A stretch of DNA of 64,000 bases from Pseudomonadota bacterium (lineage in GTDB: Bacteria; Bdellovibrionota; FAC87; UBA2466). The stretch is taken from the NCBI GenBank assembly GCA_031425635.1, contig JANPJT010000221.1, positions 559 to 64,558 of the forward strand. Direction: 5' to 3'. A model generated the notes under the pieces. It was not told where the DNA came from. It saw nothing but the letters and a program-made list of their open reading frames with translations, and did not search any database. Positions 56,120 to 64,000 of the stretch are shown here, piece after piece. The position numbers were made by a program, and so were the translations under genes. Each line of letters opens with the position of its first letter. Positions within the stretch are counted from its first letter, which is position 1.

Positions 56120-59100
56120 GTGGAGCAATCTCTAGTTGAATGGCTTGGCGGTAAGGGCGTAGCTCCTGAGGCCGGCGCTTCGTTTGCAGGCTTGAACGAC
56201 ACCCTCAAAGCGCTGATCCTTTCCCGTCTGACTGCGGCAAACGAACACCCGCACCTGATTGTTTTTGGAACGAGTGGTGCCGCTCGGTCTTTTATCGACG
56301 CCTTCAACTTTTTTGCAGGGGCCTCCAAAGCCAAGCAAGTCCACTTGTTGCCCTCCATGGATTTCGACTTTTACCGTTCGGTTTTGCCAAGCCCCGCCAA
56401 ACTCTGCGAACGCAATGTCAGCTTGTTCCACGCGCTGAACGATTCGAGCGGCCGTCTTTTTGTGACCACCGTCGCGGCGCTTCTGCAGAAAGTATTCCCG
56501 GCCGCCGAGTTTGTGCGCGCCACTCGGACGCTCAAGCTCGAAGAGGAAATCGAAAGGGAAGTGCTTCTGAGTGGCCTCGTGGAAGCGGGTTACCAGCGCC
56601 AACCTTCCGCGACCGATCCGGGTGTCTTTGCGGTCCGGGGCAATGTCGTCGATATCTTTAGCCCTCTTTACGCCCACCCCGTTCGCCTCGAGTTTTTTGG
56701 AGACTGGGTGCAAGAAATCCGGTTCTTCGAAGTCGACTCTCAGCGTTCGCTGGAAGCGCTCACGGATTTTACGATCCTCCCGGTGGGGCAGTCGCTTCTC
56801 CCTCGGGGCGATATCCTTTTAGACGCCTTTCAAAAAGTAAAAGAAAGGCTCGATGCTTCTGGTATTGCCAAAAGCGACCGAGAGATTCTCCTCGAGAAAA
56901 TCCACAACGGCAGCCTGCCCGCAGAAGCCTCTTTCTTATTCCCGTTGCTTTCTGGCGGTGCGGAAACGCTTTTAAATTACTTTCCGCCGAGCGTGAAGCT
57001 AGTGGTAGCCGGACAGGCGGCGGCGATCGAAATCGCCGAAGAAAGAGAGATCCCGCGCCTAGAAACCAACCACCGACTTTTTGAGTCTCAGCCCCTTCCC
57101 ATCGCTCCCTACCAGGACCTTTTTCTCAGCCTTTCTGAGTTCAAGGCTCTGGTTTCGAAAGCGAGCTACCAATTTGATACGTTCGATAGTGGCGAAGGGG
57201 CCCTCCGTCTTCAATCGCTTCCCGTGCGCCTCGAAGCGGAAAGGGAAAAAGCGCTGAAGTCGGCGGCGGGATCGCTGGATGGCTTTGCTGCTGCGTTTCG
57301 GGCTTGGATGGAAGAAGGGTACCGAGTCCACCTCATCTTCCACACTCGAATGCACGCTGAGCGGTTTCAAATGCTTTTTGAGCCTTACCACTTGCGGATG
57401 CAGTTTATGGAGGAAGGACTGAAAGCCGAGTCGCTTCTTTTCGGTTCGGATTTCCAAATGCTTTGCCTTTGGCAGGGGTACTTGCCGGAGAGCGTGATCC
57501 TGCCGGAGCTGAAAGTAGTTCTGCTTAGCGAAGAAGTCGTCTTCGGCCAAAAAAAGAGAACTTCGCAGAATAAACGCGCTTCTTCTGGAACTACGGAGCG
57601 CCTACTGAGCCAGTTCCGGGAAATGGCGGTCGGCGACTATGTAGTGCACAAAGAGTTTGGAGTCGCTCGCTACTTGGGCCTGAAATCGATGCCGTTTTTG
57701 GGAGTAGAAAACGACTATGTTTTGCTCGAGTACCGCGATTCGGACAAGCTCTATATCCCTGTTTATCGACTGAATGTTTTGCAGAAGTATGTGAGCGGCG
57801 AAAGCGGCTCGCCCGTGCTAGACAAATTGGGCACGGATCGTTGGGCAAAGGCCAAGGGCAAAGCCAAACGCGCCATTGCTGAACTCGCGGTCGAGCTCAT
57901 GAAACTCCAAGCCAAACGCAAACTCATCCCTGCGTTTGCATTCGATGAACCGTCGCAAGAATACCGCCAGTTCGAAATGGAGTTTCCGTTCGATGAAACG
58001 CCGGACCAAATGAAAGCGATTGACGACGTCATGGGCGACCTTTCGAAGTCGTACCCCATGGATCGCTTGGTCTGCGGGGATGTGGGCTACGGAAAAACAG
58101 AAGTAGCCATGCGTGCGGCTTTCCGTGCGGTCGATCAAAAGAAGCAGGTTGCCGTCTTGGTGCCGACGACCGTGCTTGCGTTCCAGCACTTCGAATCGTT
58201 TAAAAACCGGTTTCGAAATGTCGGTGTCCGTATTGAGTTGATTTCTCGGATGCGCAAGCCTGCCGAGGTCAAAAAAGTGTTAGCCGACACCAAGTCGGGC
58301 AACGTCGATATCCTCATCGGCACCCACCGCCTTCTTTCGAGCGATACGCACTTTAAAGACCTGGGGCTCGTCGTTATCGATGAAGAACACCGATTTGGAG
58401 TGACCGACAAAGAGCGGCTTAAAAAACTGCGCGACTCCGTCCACGTGCTTGCAATGACGGCTACGCCCATCCCGAGAACGTTGAATATGGCGATGAGCGG
58501 GATCAAAGAAATATCGGTGATCACGACGCCTCCCCCGGACCGTCTTTCAGTGAGAACCTTTGTCTGTCGCAGCACTCCCGAAGTGATTGCGGACGCCATT
58601 TCGAACGAACTTGGCAGAGGCGGCCAAGTGTACTTTGTGCACAACCGGGTTGAAACGCTGGGAAAAGTGGCTCGGGAACTCAAAGAGCTCCTTCCCAAAG
58701 TCGAAATCGAGACAGGGCATGGCCAGATGGACGGCGATGTTCTTGAAGAGAAAATGCTCCACTTTTACAAGAACGAAGCACAGATATTGGTTTGCACGAC
58801 CATTATCGAGTCAGGCATCGACATCGCGCGTGCCAACACTATTTTGATCGATCGAGCGGATTGCATGGGCCTTGCCCAGCTGTACCAACTCCGTGGGCGA
58901 GTGGGGCGATCGGATCGGAGAGCGTACTGCTACTTGCTCACACCGGGCGAAACGCAAATTACTGAGGATGCAAAGGAAAGGCTGCAGGTCCTGCAGCGCT
59001 ATTCTGAGTTAGGGAGCGGTTTTAATATCGCAAGCCACGACTTGGAAATCCGCGGATCAGGCGACCTTTTGGGCAAGGATCAGTCGGGGCACATTGCGGC

Positions 59101-59629
59101 AGTTGGAGTAGACTTGTATTTTGAGCTCCTTGAGGAAAGCGTTTCCGTCTTGAAGGGCGAGCCCGACAAGATCGATATTGAGCCGGAAATCAATCTGAAA
59201 GTCCGGGCTAGTTTTCCGGAAGAATTTTTACCCGATATTAGCGAGCGAGTCGTTCTGTACCGAAGGCTTTCAAGCGTTGAAAGCGAAGAGGAAATTTCCG
59301 ACATCGAAACGGAAATACGCGATCGGTTTGGTACCCCTCCTCCTGAAGTTTTAAACTTGCTGGGACTCATGCGGATAAAGGTCTATTTGAAAATGCTTCA
59401 TGTGACCCGAATGAGTTGCGGACCAAAGCGGACTTCGCTGCAGTTTGCGGAAACCACACCCGCAAGTCCCGAAAAGCTCGTGAAGCTCGTCTCGAAGCAT
59501 TCCAAAGAGTACAGCATGACTCCCGACATGAAGCTTGTTTTCACAACGCAGGCGCCCGAATGGCCAGACCAGTTAAAACAGGTCCAGAAGATAGCGGTGC
59601 TTTTGGGTGTGGCCTCCACGCTGCCTTAG
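56120..59629 (+). CDS. mfd: Transcription-repair coupling factor Mfd
   Basis: 1169 aa. 'FPFDETPDQMKAIDDV', 'DRLVCGDVGYGKTEVAMRAAF', 'DEEHRFGV', 'TATPIPRTLNMAMSG', 'QLRGRVGRS'. Near-collinear with E. coli Mfd motifs. Confidence 0.95.
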   Translation: MEQSLVEWLGGKGVAPEAGASFAGLNDTLKALILSRLTAANEHPHLIVFGTSGAARSFIDAFNFFAGASKAKQVHLLPSMDFDFYRSVLPSPAKLCERNVSLFHALNDSSGRLFVTTVAALLQKVFPAAEFVRATRTLKLEEEIEREVLLSGLVEAGYQRQPSATDPGVFAVRGNVVDIFSPLYAHPVRLEFFGDWVQEIRFFEVDSQRSLEALTDFTILPVGQSLLPRGDILLDAFQKVKERLDASGIAKSDREILLEKIHNGSLPAEASFLFPLLSGGAETLLNYFPPSVKLVVAGQAAAIEIAEEREIPRLETNHRLFESQPLPIAPYQDLFLSLSEFKALVSKASYQFDTFDSGEGALRLQSLPVRLEAEREKALKSAAGSLDGFAAAFRAWMEEGYRVHLIFHTRMHAERFQMLFEPYHLRMQFMEEGLKAESLLFGSDFQMLCLWQGYLPESVILPELKVVLLSEEVVFGQKKRTSQNKRASSGTTERLLSQFREMAVGDYVVHKEFGVARYLGLKSMPFLGVENDYVLLEYRDSDKLYIPVYRLNVLQKYVSGESGSPVLDKLGTDRWAKAKGKAKRAIAELAVELMKLQAKRKLIPAFAFDEPSQEYRQFEMEFPFDETPDQMKAIDDVMGDLSKSYPMDRLVCGDVGYGKTEVAMRAAFRAVDQKKQVAVLVPTTVLAFQHFESFKNRFRNVGVRIELISRMRKPAEVKKVLADTKSGNVDILIGTHRLLSSDTHFKDLGLVVIDEEHRFGVTDKERLKKLRDSVHVLAMTATPIPRTLNMAMSGIKEISVITTPPPDRLSVRTFVCRSTPEVIADAISNELGRGGQVYFVHNRVETLGKVARELKELLPKVEIETGHGQMDGDVLEEKMLHFYKNEAQILVCTTIIESGIDIARANTILIDRADCMGLAQLYQLRGRVGRSDRRAYCYLLTPGETQITEDAKERLQVLQRYSELGSGFNIASHDLEIRGSGDLLGKDQSGHIAAVGVDLYFELLEESVSVLKGEPDKIDIEPEINLKVRASFPEEFLPDISERVVLYRRLSSVESEEEISDIETEIRDRFGTPPPEVLNLLGLMRIKVYLKMLHVTRMSCGPKRTSLQFAETTPASPEKLVKLVSKHSKEYSMTPDMKLVFTTQAPEWPDQLKQVQKIAVLLGVASTLP

Positions 59630-59645
59630 CCGTTACAATGGGCAA

Positions 59646-60431
59646 ATGGACAGCAAAGAACGCAGCGAAATTGACAGCCTTTTCCCCTCGTCCGGTTTGA
59701 CAAGCCTAGTCGACCTACAGCGGTTTCTCCGCGACGAAATAGGCGGAGGGGCCGGGTCCGACTCGGACCTTCACCGGGCTTTTACTCCGCTGACCGACGG
59801 TTTGGGAATAGCCCAAAGCACTGGCGCAACCCGCGCAGGGCGCGCGACTTTTGCTCAACCAGGAGTGCCGGCAGTCACGGAGTTTCGCTCTGCCGAACCT
59901 TTGGAGGCAGAGATGCCGGTCCGCGCCGCAACGCGGCTTTTTATGGAAAGCGCCGAGGAACAGCTTGCCGATGAAGTCCGGCTAGAAGCTCCCCCCTCCT
60001 TTCCGGCGGCCACTTTGTTCCGGCGGTTTTTAGCGGGGTTTGTGGATCAGTGCTTTGTTTTAACGCTCCTTTTGTTGGCGCTTGCCATTACTTCCAACGC
60101 GCTTTCTGGAACGAGTGCCGACCTGGGGACTCGGTTCCTCCGCGAGCTCAGCTCTCCCGCTTTTTTGAAGTCGGCAGCGCTGGAGTTTGGAGTGGTTTGG
60201 TTAGGGTACTTGGCGCTTTCGTTCACCATTTCCGAAGCCACTTTCGGCATGTGGGTGTGGGGCTTGCGTTTCAACTTCGGTGAATCCAAGCGCTTTTGGA
60301 AAAAACTCGCTCGTACGGCCATGGGAATGTTCTTCTACCCGTTTGTGTTACCGACGGCCCTTCTCGTTTTTCAACGAGAAGGGACTAATCTAGTAGACGC
60401 ACTGACCCAGAGCCGCGTATACCGCGGTTAG
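59646..60431 (+). CDS. RDD-family membrane protein (probable)
   Basis: C-terminal half 'FRRFLAGFVDQCFVLTLLLLALAI…WVWGLRF' resembles the RDD domain. Start at the internal ATG (MDSKERS). Confidence 0.45.
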   Translation: MDSKERSEIDSLFPSSGLTSLVDLQRFLRDEIGGGAGSDSDLHRAFTPLTDGLGIAQSTGATRAGRATFAQPGVPAVTEFRSAEPLEAEMPVRAATRLFMESAEEQLADEVRLEAPPSFPAATLFRRFLAGFVDQCFVLTLLLLALAITSNALSGTSADLGTRFLRELSSPAFLKSAALEFGVVWLGYLALSFTISEATFGMWVWGLRFNFGESKRFWKKLARTAMGMFFYPFVLPTALLVFQREGTNLVDALTQSRVYRG

Positions 60432-60436
60432 TTTGT

Positions 60437-60919
60437 ATGCGGGTTCTTGAAGAAAAACATATTTCGATGAAGGATGCGGCCGCCAAGGCAGAGTCGCTGC
60501 GGTCTCTTTCCAAGAAAATCATCACCACCAATGGGTGCTTCGATCTTTTGCACGTCGGGCACTTAAACTACTTGAGAGAGGCCCGTGCGATGGGCGATTT
60601 GCTTTGGGTGGGCCTCAATGCAGACGCTTCGGTCCGCGCATTGAAAGGGCCTACTCGGCCCTTGCAAAGCGAAACAACGCGCTCTCTCCACTTGGCGGCG
60701 TTAGAAGCAGTCGACTTCGTCACTCTTTTTTTTGAAACCACTCCGGAAGTTTTCTTAGAGAAAGTAAAGCCGTGGATCCACGTGAAAGGCGGCGATTACC
60801 AGGGGCGAGACTTACCGGAAAGAAGCGTTGTCGAAAGAGGGGGCGGCAGCATCCGCTGCGTCGCGTTCACTGAAGGGTTCTCGACTACGAGCTTGATTGA
60901 GCGGATTAAACTTCTCTAG
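60437..60919 (+). CDS. Cytidylyltransferase-fold heptose-1-phosphate adenylyltransferase-like (RfaE domain II-like)
   Basis: 'TNGCFDLLHVGHLNYLREA' (HxGH motif), 'DFVTLFFETTPEVFLEKVKPWIHVKGGDY'. Confidence 0.75.
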   Translation: MRVLEEKHISMKDAAAKAESLRSLSKKIITTNGCFDLLHVGHLNYLREARAMGDLLWVGLNADASVRALKGPTRPLQSETTRSLHLAALEAVDFVTLFFETTPEVFLEKVKPWIHVKGGDYQGRDLPERSVVERGGGSIRCVAFTEGFSTTSLIERIKLL

Positions 60920-60966
60920 CTCAGGGCTTTACCATCCCAGTCTAGCGCCAGGGATAAGCATCCAAG

Positions 60967-61674
60967 TTAAAAACGCACTCCCGCGAACGCACTGAGGGTA
61001 GGATCCAAGTTGATCAAATCCAGCTGAAAAGCGAGCGAAACCGGCAGGGCAATTTCAGCCCCTAGGTAAAAGTGGGTCCCAAGGAGCGCACCGGTCTCCG
61101 GCGATCCGAGCGCAAGGGAGGCCGGAACTTTACCGCGAGCTACCATCACCGATACTCCCGCGTAGGGCTTGAGAACCACATAGTCTTTGCTGACGACAAC
61201 GCCTAGCTCAAGGTTATTGCCCTGAAACTCATCTTGAAAAGCGTTTACCGACGAAACGCCAAACACCCCAGCTAAAGTAAGCCATTCCGCTTTCTCTTCT
61301 AGAAAAGTCCACTTGGCGAGCACTCCGCCGCCGCTCACGGTGTTTAAATTGAAAGGGAAAAAGCTCACAATGACTTCGATCCCTTCAAAAAGCCCTTTCG
61401 CAAGATGGATGCGGGGGATCGGAAGGAAGCTTCCCACGCTGCCGAGTCGGTCTCCTAACGCACCTAATCGTTCCCCTGGAAACAAAGTGACGTCGGCCCC
61501 CACCCGAAAACCAGGCCAGAGCGGATAGCTTTCTGCGGAGCGTAAAAGCCGGATAGCGCCGCCCATGGCCATGAGCCTTGCCGCTTTGTCTAAGTCTGTT
61601 ACGGAAAGCGCACCCGGCAGCGAGGCGCCAAAGGAAAAAGAACTGAGCCCGAAAACGAGAATGAGTATTTTCAC
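60967..61674 (-). CDS. Probable outer-membrane beta-barrel protein
   Basis: Putative GTG start giving the signal peptide 'VKILILVFGLSSFSFGA'. Alternating hydrophobic pattern. C-terminal '…AFAGVRF' with a terminal Phe. Confidence 0.45.
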   Translation of the reverse strand: MKILILVFGLSSFSFGASLPGALSVTDLDKAARLMAMGGAIRLLRSAESYPLWPGFRVGADVTLFPGERLGALGDRLGSVGSFLPIPRIHLAKGLFEGIEVIVSFFPFNLNTVSGGGVLAKWTFLEEKAEWLTLAGVFGVSSVNAFQDEFQGNNLELGVVVSKDYVVLKPYAGVSVMVARGKVPASLALGSPETGALLGTHFYLGAEIALPVSLAFQLDLINLDPTLSAFAGVRF

Positions 61675-61719
61675 CTCCCCTAGTCTACGAAAGGGCAGAA
61701 CACATAACAAGCTGCGTGA

Positions 61720-62721
61720 TTGCCTTTGTGCTCGATGCCAAGGAAGATCGCTTTTGTGAAAGAAATAACGCTTTGGAATCCAGAAAATGCCGCTGCCACC
61801 TGGGATTGGGTGCAGGGTTTCCTTGAGTACTTGAAAATCGAAAAGTCTTCGAGCGAGCACACGCTTGCCAGCTACGAATTAGACCTTCGAATCTGGCTCC
61901 GTTTTCTGAACCGGAGGGCGCCCAACGAAGAAGAGAAGGAAAGGATCACGGATCTAAAACTTTTGCGTGTCTTCCTGGGCGAGGAGTCAAAGCGTTGCTC
62001 TCGAAACACAGTTTCCCGACGCCTGTCTGTCATCAAGGGGTTTTTGAAGTACCTCTACCGAGAAGGGCACACGGACACCAACCTTTCCAAGCTCATTGTG
62101 CTACCCAAGGTTCAAGTGAAACTTCCCCACGTCATCCAGCAAGACGATGCTGCGAAGCTGATCGATTCGGTGCCGACGGCCACGCTCCTTGAAAAGCGTT
62201 CAAAGGCCATGATGGAACTTCTGTACTCGACGGGCATGCGGATTTCCGAGCTAGTGCAAATAAATTACGACGATATCGATTTACGCAAAGGGCTCGTGAA
62301 AGTGCACGGCAAAGGCGACAAAGAGCGGCTCATTCCAATGGGACGGCATTGTCAAAGTGCCATTAATGACTATATTCGAGCTCAAGGGTTGCGAAAGCCT
62401 GGGAGCTCTCCGTTATTTGTAAACCGCGATGGCGAGCGGATTTCAGTGCGTTCACTGCAACGCAACCTGAGGTTTTACGCGGTGGAAATTTTGGGCGGGG
62501 CAGGTGTGAAAATTACCCCTCATACGTTTAGGCATAGCTGTGCGACCCATTTATTGGCTCGAGGCGCTGGGTTGCGGGAGATCCAGGAGCTTTTGGGCCA
62601 CGAGTCGTTGGTAACGACGCAGAAATACACTCATGTCGACATCGAGCGCATGAAAAAGTCGTACCGTGCGGCGCACCCCAAAGAGAAGCGGCGACTTAAA
62701 AAAAACACGGGGACTGCGTGA
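61720..62721 (+). CDS. xerC: Tyrosine recombinase XerC/XerD
   Basis: '[14 protein letters not shown]', '[11 protein letters not shown]', '[39 protein letters not shown]' carrying the R…HxxR…Y catalytic residues. Lies directly upstream of hslVU, as xerC (codV) does in many bacteria. Confidence 0.85.
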   Translation: MPLCSMPRKIAFVKEITLWNPENAAATWDWVQGFLEYLKIEKSSSEHTLASYELDLRIWLRFLNRRAPNEEEKERITDLKLLRVFLGEESKRCSRNTVSRRLSVIKGFLKYLYREGHTDTNLSKLIVLPKVQVKLPHVIQQDDAAKLIDSVPTATLLEKRSKAMMELLYSTGMRISELVQINYDDIDLRKGLVKVHGKGDKERLIPMGRHCQSAINDYIRAQGLRKPGSSPLFVNRDGERISVRSLQRNLRFYAVEILGGAGVKITPHTFRHSCATHLLARGAGLREIQELLGHESLVTTQKYTHVDIERMKKSYRAAHPKEKRRLKKNTGTA

Positions 62722-63269
62722 TGTCCGTGGAAACTTTAATGCATTCAACGACGGTACTTTGCGTTGCTCATAAAGGGAGCACGGTCCTTGCGTCGGATGG
62801 CCAAGTAACGCTTGGATCAACGGTAGTGAAAGGGACCGCGCGGAAAATCCGAACGCTTTTTGGCGGTCGGGTTCTGGCAGGCTTTGCGGGGAGCACTGCA
62901 GATTCCTTCACCCTTTTCGAATTATTTGAACGCAAACTCGAAAAGCATTCAGGCGATCTCACACGCAGCAGCGTCGAACTCGCCAAAGACTGGCGAATGG
63001 ATCGAAACCTCCGGCGCTTGGAAGCGATGCTCATTGTGGCAGATGCAAAAAAGCAGTACACGCTCTCCGGCGTAGGCGATGTGATTGAGCCAGACGAGGA
63101 AATCTCGGCGATCGGTTCGGGCGGGCCCTATGCCAAGTCGGCGGCTTTAGCGCTCAAGCGCCATTCGAGTTTAGACGCCGCCGGTATTGTGAAGGAAGCG
63201 ATGAGGATCGCTGGCGAGCAGTGCATTTATACCAACCTAAATCTTTCCATGGAGATTTTGAACGCATGA
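62718..63269 (+). CDS. hslV: ATP-dependent protease subunit HslV
   Basis: N-terminus '[38 protein letters not shown]' with the Thr nucleophile after Met processing. '[14 protein letters not shown]'. Confidence 0.92.
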   Translation: MMSVETLMHSTTVLCVAHKGSTVLASDGQVTLGSTVVKGTARKIRTLFGGRVLAGFAGSTADSFTLFELFERKLEKHSGDLTRSSVELAKDWRMDRNLRRLEAMLIVADAKKQYTLSGVGDVIEPDEEISAIGSGGPYAKSAALALKRHSSLDAAGIVKEAMRIAGEQCIYTNLNLSMEILNA

Positions 63270-64000
63270 GTAGTTCTGGCGAAGATCTCACGCCTTCGGC
63301 CGTCGTGGCGGAATTGGATCGAGACATCGTTGGCCAGCGAGAAGGTAAGCGCGCTGTGGCGATTGCGCTCAGAAACCGCTGGAGAAGAAGGCAAGTTCCG
63401 GAGCCTTTGCGCGATGAAATTCAGCCAAAGAATATTTTGATGATTGGCCCGACCGGCGTCGGAAAGACGGAAATCGCTCGGCGGGTGGCCAAACTGGCCA
63501 ATGCTCCTTTTGTTAAAGTGGAAGCAACCAAATACACGGAAGTGGGCTACGTCGGGAAAGATGTGGAATCGATGGTCCGCGATTTGGTGGAGACTGCCAT
63601 CTCGATGGTAAAGTCGAGCGAAAGGGATCTCATTGCTCCGAAAGCAAAAACGTCGGCCGAGGAACGGCTCCTCGATCTTCTAGTCCCCCAAAACGAGAAC
63701 CGCGAAACCTACCGAGAAATGCTCCGCGCGGGCCAGTTGGACTCCAAAGAAGTGCACTTGGACACCAAGCAAAGGGCCGCTCCCGTTTTCGAAGTGCTCG
63801 CTTTTCCTGGAATGGAAGAAGCGGACATGAACCTCAAGGACATCCTTGGAAACATGCTTCCGAAAAAGACGAAGCGCCGCAACTTAAACGTGCAAGACGC
63901 TTTGAGAGTTCTGGAAGAAGAAGAACTAAGCCGCTTAGTTGATATGGAGCGCGTGATCCCCAAAGCCTTGCGACTGGCCGAGCAAAACGGGATCATCTTC
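63266..64000 (+). CDS. hslU: ATP-dependent protease ATPase subunit HslU (5' part; continues past the window)
   Basis: '[21 protein letters not shown]' and Walker A '[39 protein letters not shown]'. Confidence 0.92.
   Translation, partial: MSSSGEDLTPSAVVAELDRDIVGQREGKRAVAIALRNRWRRRQVPEPLRDEIQPKNILMIGPTGVGKTEIARRVAKLANAPFVKVEATKYTEVGYVGKDVESMVRDLVETAISMVKSSERDLIAPKAKTSAEERLLDLLVPQNENRETYREMLRAGQLDSKEVHLDTKQRAAPVFEVLAFPGMEEADMNLKDILGNMLPKKTKRRNLNVQDALRVLEEEELSRLVDMERVIPKALRLAEQNGIIF

Noticed and set aside
61720-62721. Tyrosine recombinase considered as a phage or island integrase marking a mobile element
   Set aside because: XerC/D-type motif set, and located directly upstream of hslVU (the conserved codV-clpQ-clpY arrangement). 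There are no flanking repeats or phage genes.
1-64000. CRISPR arrays, rRNA and tRNA genes
   Set aside because: No short direct repeats regularly spaced with unique spacers were seen. No 16S/23S/5S signatures and no cloverleaf candidates were found by eye.

Overview
This 64-kb window is a chromosomal segment with roughly 55-58% GC. Its gene content and the presence of delta-60 repeat and BNR-propeller secreted proteins suggest a Bdellovibrio-like or myxobacteria-like deltaproteobacterial-type genome; that is an inference from content only.

The backbone is ordinary housekeeping:
- ftsE-ftsX-envC
- an AceE-family E1 homolog
- def and upp
- a DEDDh exonuclease
- mutS
- a trmJ-like gene followed by grpE-dnaJ, with no dnaK between them
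- an LpoA-like lipoprotein
- a DksA/TraR-family protein
- lon
- comF and comM
- a PlsC-family acyltransferase
- leucine dehydrogenase, a deoxynucleoside kinase and nagZ
- typA/bipA
- gpsA and mfd
- xerC-hslV-hslU

I found no rRNA, tRNA or CRISPR array.

The accessory part, about 32.6-55 kb, contains:
- two convergent giant repeat-protein genes, one delta-60 and one Asp-box/BNR
- a roughly 1-kb ORF-free stretch full of long inverted repeats
- a conserved promoter-like repeat present in two copies
- a roughly 2.1-kb two-gene insertion flanked by roughly 165-bp direct repeats, next to a vapBC module; one of the two genes has four tandem HTH-like repeats behind an N-terminal hydrophobic anchor
- an iron/B12-type ABC importer
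- a secreted Q/N/G/Y-rich low-complexity protein
- an MscS-family channel
- a translationally coupled six-gene operon of highly divergent complex-I/Mrp-like membrane subunits (three NuoL/M/N-like, one NuoK-like, one NuoJ-like and one further membrane protein) with no peripheral-arm genes nearby

That last operon is my best candidate for an undescribed system.

Other sequence-level observations:
- a MITE-like palindromic element family with three copies
- a candidate structured RNA, a 26-bp stem closed by G·U pairs
- a sigma70-like promoter followed by a perfect inverted pair of DnaA boxes

All family assignments are motif-based reading without database searches.
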